64,000 nt of DNA, taken from positions 31,607-95,606 of the IMG/VR virus record IMGVR_UViG_3300008216_000009, one strand, 5' to 3'. Positions 61,666-64,000 of the stretch are shown piece after piece. This DNA is from a virus. Under the pieces are notes generated by a model, which saw only the letters and a program-made list of their open reading frames with translations, had not been told where the DNA came from and ran no database searches. The stretch's first letter is position 1, and each line of letters starts with the position of its first letter. A program made the position numbers and the translations under genes.

Positions 61666-64000
61666 CTCAAGAAAAATATAGACTATCTGAGATTCTGACC
61701 CTTCTTGCCTCTACAGAGTATCTATATAAGCAGGGGATAACTTCTCACGTCCCCCCAGAAAAACGCTACTACCACCCTGAAGGGAAACATACAGGACCCA
61801 GGGGTGGTCGTTTTTCTATTATTGGGGTAGAGACAGATCCTCATGGAAATCCACTTGGTCAGCCCGTTCCCACTCTGGCTCCGGGCATGGAGAATGAAAG
61901 TGTACGGGCCTGGATAGAGAGGGATTCCGAAGCTCAGCATGTTCTAAACACCCTATCTCAGTACGGCGATCCCTATGTGGTCGGTGGGGGCGTTAGAGAT
62001 GCATTACTCGGAGTACCAAGTAAAGACGTAGATATTGAAGTTTATGGTTTGACCATCGATGAGCTATCAGACATTGTCCAAAAGGATTTGGGGGGCAAGC
62101 AGAATCAGGTAGGCAAGATCTACGGTGTATTCAAAGTTGGGGATTTTGATATCTCCCTACCTAGGACTGAGACTAAGGTTGGAGATAAGCATACCGATTT
62201 TGATGTGGAGCCTAACCCTAATTTATCTCCAGAATTAGCGGCTAGACGTAGAGATTTTACGATCAATGCGTTGATGTACGATTATAAAAATGACAAAGTG
62301 TTGGATTTTTTTGGGGGCATACAGGATTTAGAAGCGAAACGTATCAAACATGTAAGCCCGGAAACCTTTGTTGAGGATCCACTCCGTGTTTACAGGGCTG
62401 CACAGTTTGCTTCTCGGTTTGATTTTTCTATAGATCCATCTACCCAGGAACTGGCTCGTTCGATGGATTTGTCTGAGATATCTAATGAGCGGGTTTTTGG
62501 GGAATTCGAAAAGTTATTATTGAAGTCCCCTACCCCATCTACAGGTATACAGGCACTGGATGATATGGGAGTGCTGGATACCCAGTTCTCAGAAATCTCT
62601 GCACTGAAGGATACTCACCAACGTAGTGATTACCACGCTGAAGGTGATGTATTTATTCACACTAAGATGACTCTGGATAAAGCAGCAGAGATTATCCAAC
62701 GTTTTCCAGATGAAAAAGATAAAACCATTATCATGCTGGCTGCGTTATGTCATGACCTGGGTAAGCCTGAGACCACTACCTCAGATGGTAGGGCTATCGG
62801 TCATGAGGCAGCGGGTGTTCCCATAACAGAGGAATTCCTGGGCAAGTTAACTAATGACAGGGACATCTTAGCCACAGTTCCCTCTCTAGTTGAGAATCAC
62901 CTCAAGCCTCTTCAATATCATCGAGACGGGGCTTCAGATGCCGCTTTCAGGCGATTAATCAATAAGCATGGGACTGAGTACCTAAATCTTCTTTCTGCTG
63001 TGTCTGAGGCCGATGCAAGTGGAAGATTAGTTAAAAATCCTGATGGTTCGATGACTGAGCATGGAAATGAGGAGAATGTTTGGTTCCGGGATCGAATTAA
63101 GCAGGTTTCTGAGGCTGGTGGATTAAAAGAGGGGAAGATAGCTCCCCTTCTAACAGGCAATGATCTGAAGGGTCTTGGCTTTAAAGAAGGGCGTGAGCTT
63201 GGAGACATCCTTCGTGATGTTCAAGGGCAGCAGGAAGAGGGAGAGATAGCTTCTGCTGATGAAGCTTTGGATTACGTTAGAAATAAGTATCAATTTGCTA
63301 CAGAGCATTTATCTAAACAGGGAATAACTCCGTCCCAAGAGTGGACTTCAGGATTTGTTCCACCTGAAAAACGTTTCTACCATATGGAAGGCACCCATAC
63401 GGGTCCTAGAGGCGGCAGATTTTCTATCATAGGTACAGAAGTAAATGAACATGGTGATTCCTTAGGTCAACTTTCACAGGCACAACCTCCTGGCCCTCAT
63501 GATATAAGCGAACTTCCGATGCCCCCTCAGCAGGGTAACATCCTTCCACAGCCGGAAGATGCTGTTATTTCTTCAGAAGCAGAAGAACGAGAGTGGATTG
63601 AAGATAATATTGAGTATGATTGGAGTATGGCTGATGAGGGAGAGGAAGTTGCTCGTGTTATATGGGGGTCAAAGGCTGGAGATACTTTAGAAGTATATGA
63701 TTTAGACAGTGTGGGATATGCAGATGGGCCATCCGGGCTTAGAGGCATACATGTAGGTGATCCAGATTTTTGGAGACAGCAGTTACAAGATGATTATGGA
63801 TTAGATGCTGCTGACGCACAGACCATAAAAATACGTACTGAGGAGGGAGATGCGTATTTACCTGATCAGCAATATAACATACCTCCCGAAGTTGGAGAGG
63901 CTGGAGAGGCAAACGTATTAGTCACAAAACGTACTCAGCTAGAGTACGGTAAAGATTGGGTGTTTGAGGGGGAGAGTTTTGAGCCTAAGCCTCAACAGGC
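61662..64000 (+). CDS. cca: polyprotein: leader + class II CCA-adding tRNA nucleotidyltransferase with HD domain + leader + further domain; 3'-truncated, absent from ORF track
   Basis: ATGA overlap, frame open to window end; VGGGVRDALLG...KDVDIEV, RRRDFTINA, DFFGG..DL, EDPLRV.R..QF..RF, ERV..E..K, H.EGDV..HT, LCHDLGKP, GHE. Confidence 0.92.
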   Translation, partial: MTQEKYRLSEILTLLASTEYLYKQGITSHVPPEKRYYHPEGKHTGPRGGRFSIIGVETDPHGNPLGQPVPTLAPGMENESVRAWIERDSEAQHVLNTLSQYGDPYVVGGGVRDALLGVPSKDVDIEVYGLTIDELSDIVQKDLGGKQNQVGKIYGVFKVGDFDISLPRTETKVGDKHTDFDVEPNPNLSPELAARRRDFTINALMYDYKNDKVLDFFGGIQDLEAKRIKHVSPETFVEDPLRVYRAAQFASRFDFSIDPSTQELARSMDLSEISNERVFGEFEKLLLKSPTPSTGIQALDDMGVLDTQFSEISALKDTHQRSDYHAEGDVFIHTKMTLDKAAEIIQRFPDEKDKTIIMLAALCHDLGKPETTTSDGRAIGHEAAGVPITEEFLGKLTNDRDILATVPSLVENHLKPLQYHRDGASDAAFRRLINKHGTEYLNLLSAVSEADASGRLVKNPDGSMTEHGNEENVWFRDRIKQVSEAGGLKEGKIAPLLTGNDLKGLGFKEGRELGDILRDVQGQQEEGEIASADEALDYVRNKYQFATEHLSKQGITPSQEWTSGFVPPEKRFYHMEGTHTGPRGGRFSIIGTEVNEHGDSLGQLSQAQPPGPHDISELPMPPQQGNILPQPEDAVISSEAEEREWIEDNIEYDWSMADEGEEVARVIWGSKAGDTLEVYDLDSVGYADGPSGLRGIHVGDPDFWRQQLQDDYGLDAADAQTIKIRTEEGDAYLPDQQYNIPPEVGEAGEANVLVTKRTQLEYGKDWVFEGESFEPKPQQ
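61713..63470 (+). repeat. duplicated ~50-aa leader (TE.L.KQGIT...VPPEKR.YH.EG.HTGPRGGRFSIIG.E...HG..LGQ) at 61713-61862 and 63300-63470
   Basis: Translated directly; copies flank the CCA enzyme. Confidence 0.92.

Noticed and set aside
61745-61765. Possible frameshift at the C-run near the start of the CCA ORF
   Set aside because: Recounting gives GTC CCC CCA GAA, so the frame is continuous from ATG 61662.

Overview
This window is an internal 64 kb segment of a large tailed dsDNA virus (Caudoviricetes, probably siphovirus-like). Every credible gene is on the + strand. Gene order: (1) 1-3008, accessory module with DUF3150-like, SWIM, DUF1257/Ycf35-like, DUF2997-like, Cas2/PaaX-like and small Zn-finger genes; (2) 3115-14140, head module with acidic putative internal proteins, a ~1200-aa prohead-protease polyprotein, scaffold and major capsid protein; (3) 14260-31829, membrane proteins, adaptors and two giant fibres; (4) 31826-48185, neck and tail, with a -1 frameshifted tail chaperone, tape measure, two Dit-like paralogs and a hub; (5) 48521-58457, bacterial-type replication and recombination genes (DnaB, DnaG, SSB, beta clamp, PolA, RecA, Cas4-like, RuvC); (6) 58479-64000, class II ribonucleotide reductase, a glutaredoxin and a CCA-adding-enzyme polyprotein running off the end. 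Main highlights: a probable virus-encoded selenoprotein (glutaredoxin with in-frame TGA in a U-G-P-C active site plus a SECIS-like hairpin); a probable capsid-cargo system in which a shared helical tag and Phi-x-K protease sites mark scaffold, internal proteins and a tRNA-repair enzyme bracketed by duplicated GPRGG leaders; a head module resembling archaeal (magrovirus/halovirus-type) viruses joined to a bacterial replisome; and two adjacent proteins with the same C-terminal RRILID tag. All family assignments come from motif recognition by eye; no database search was run.
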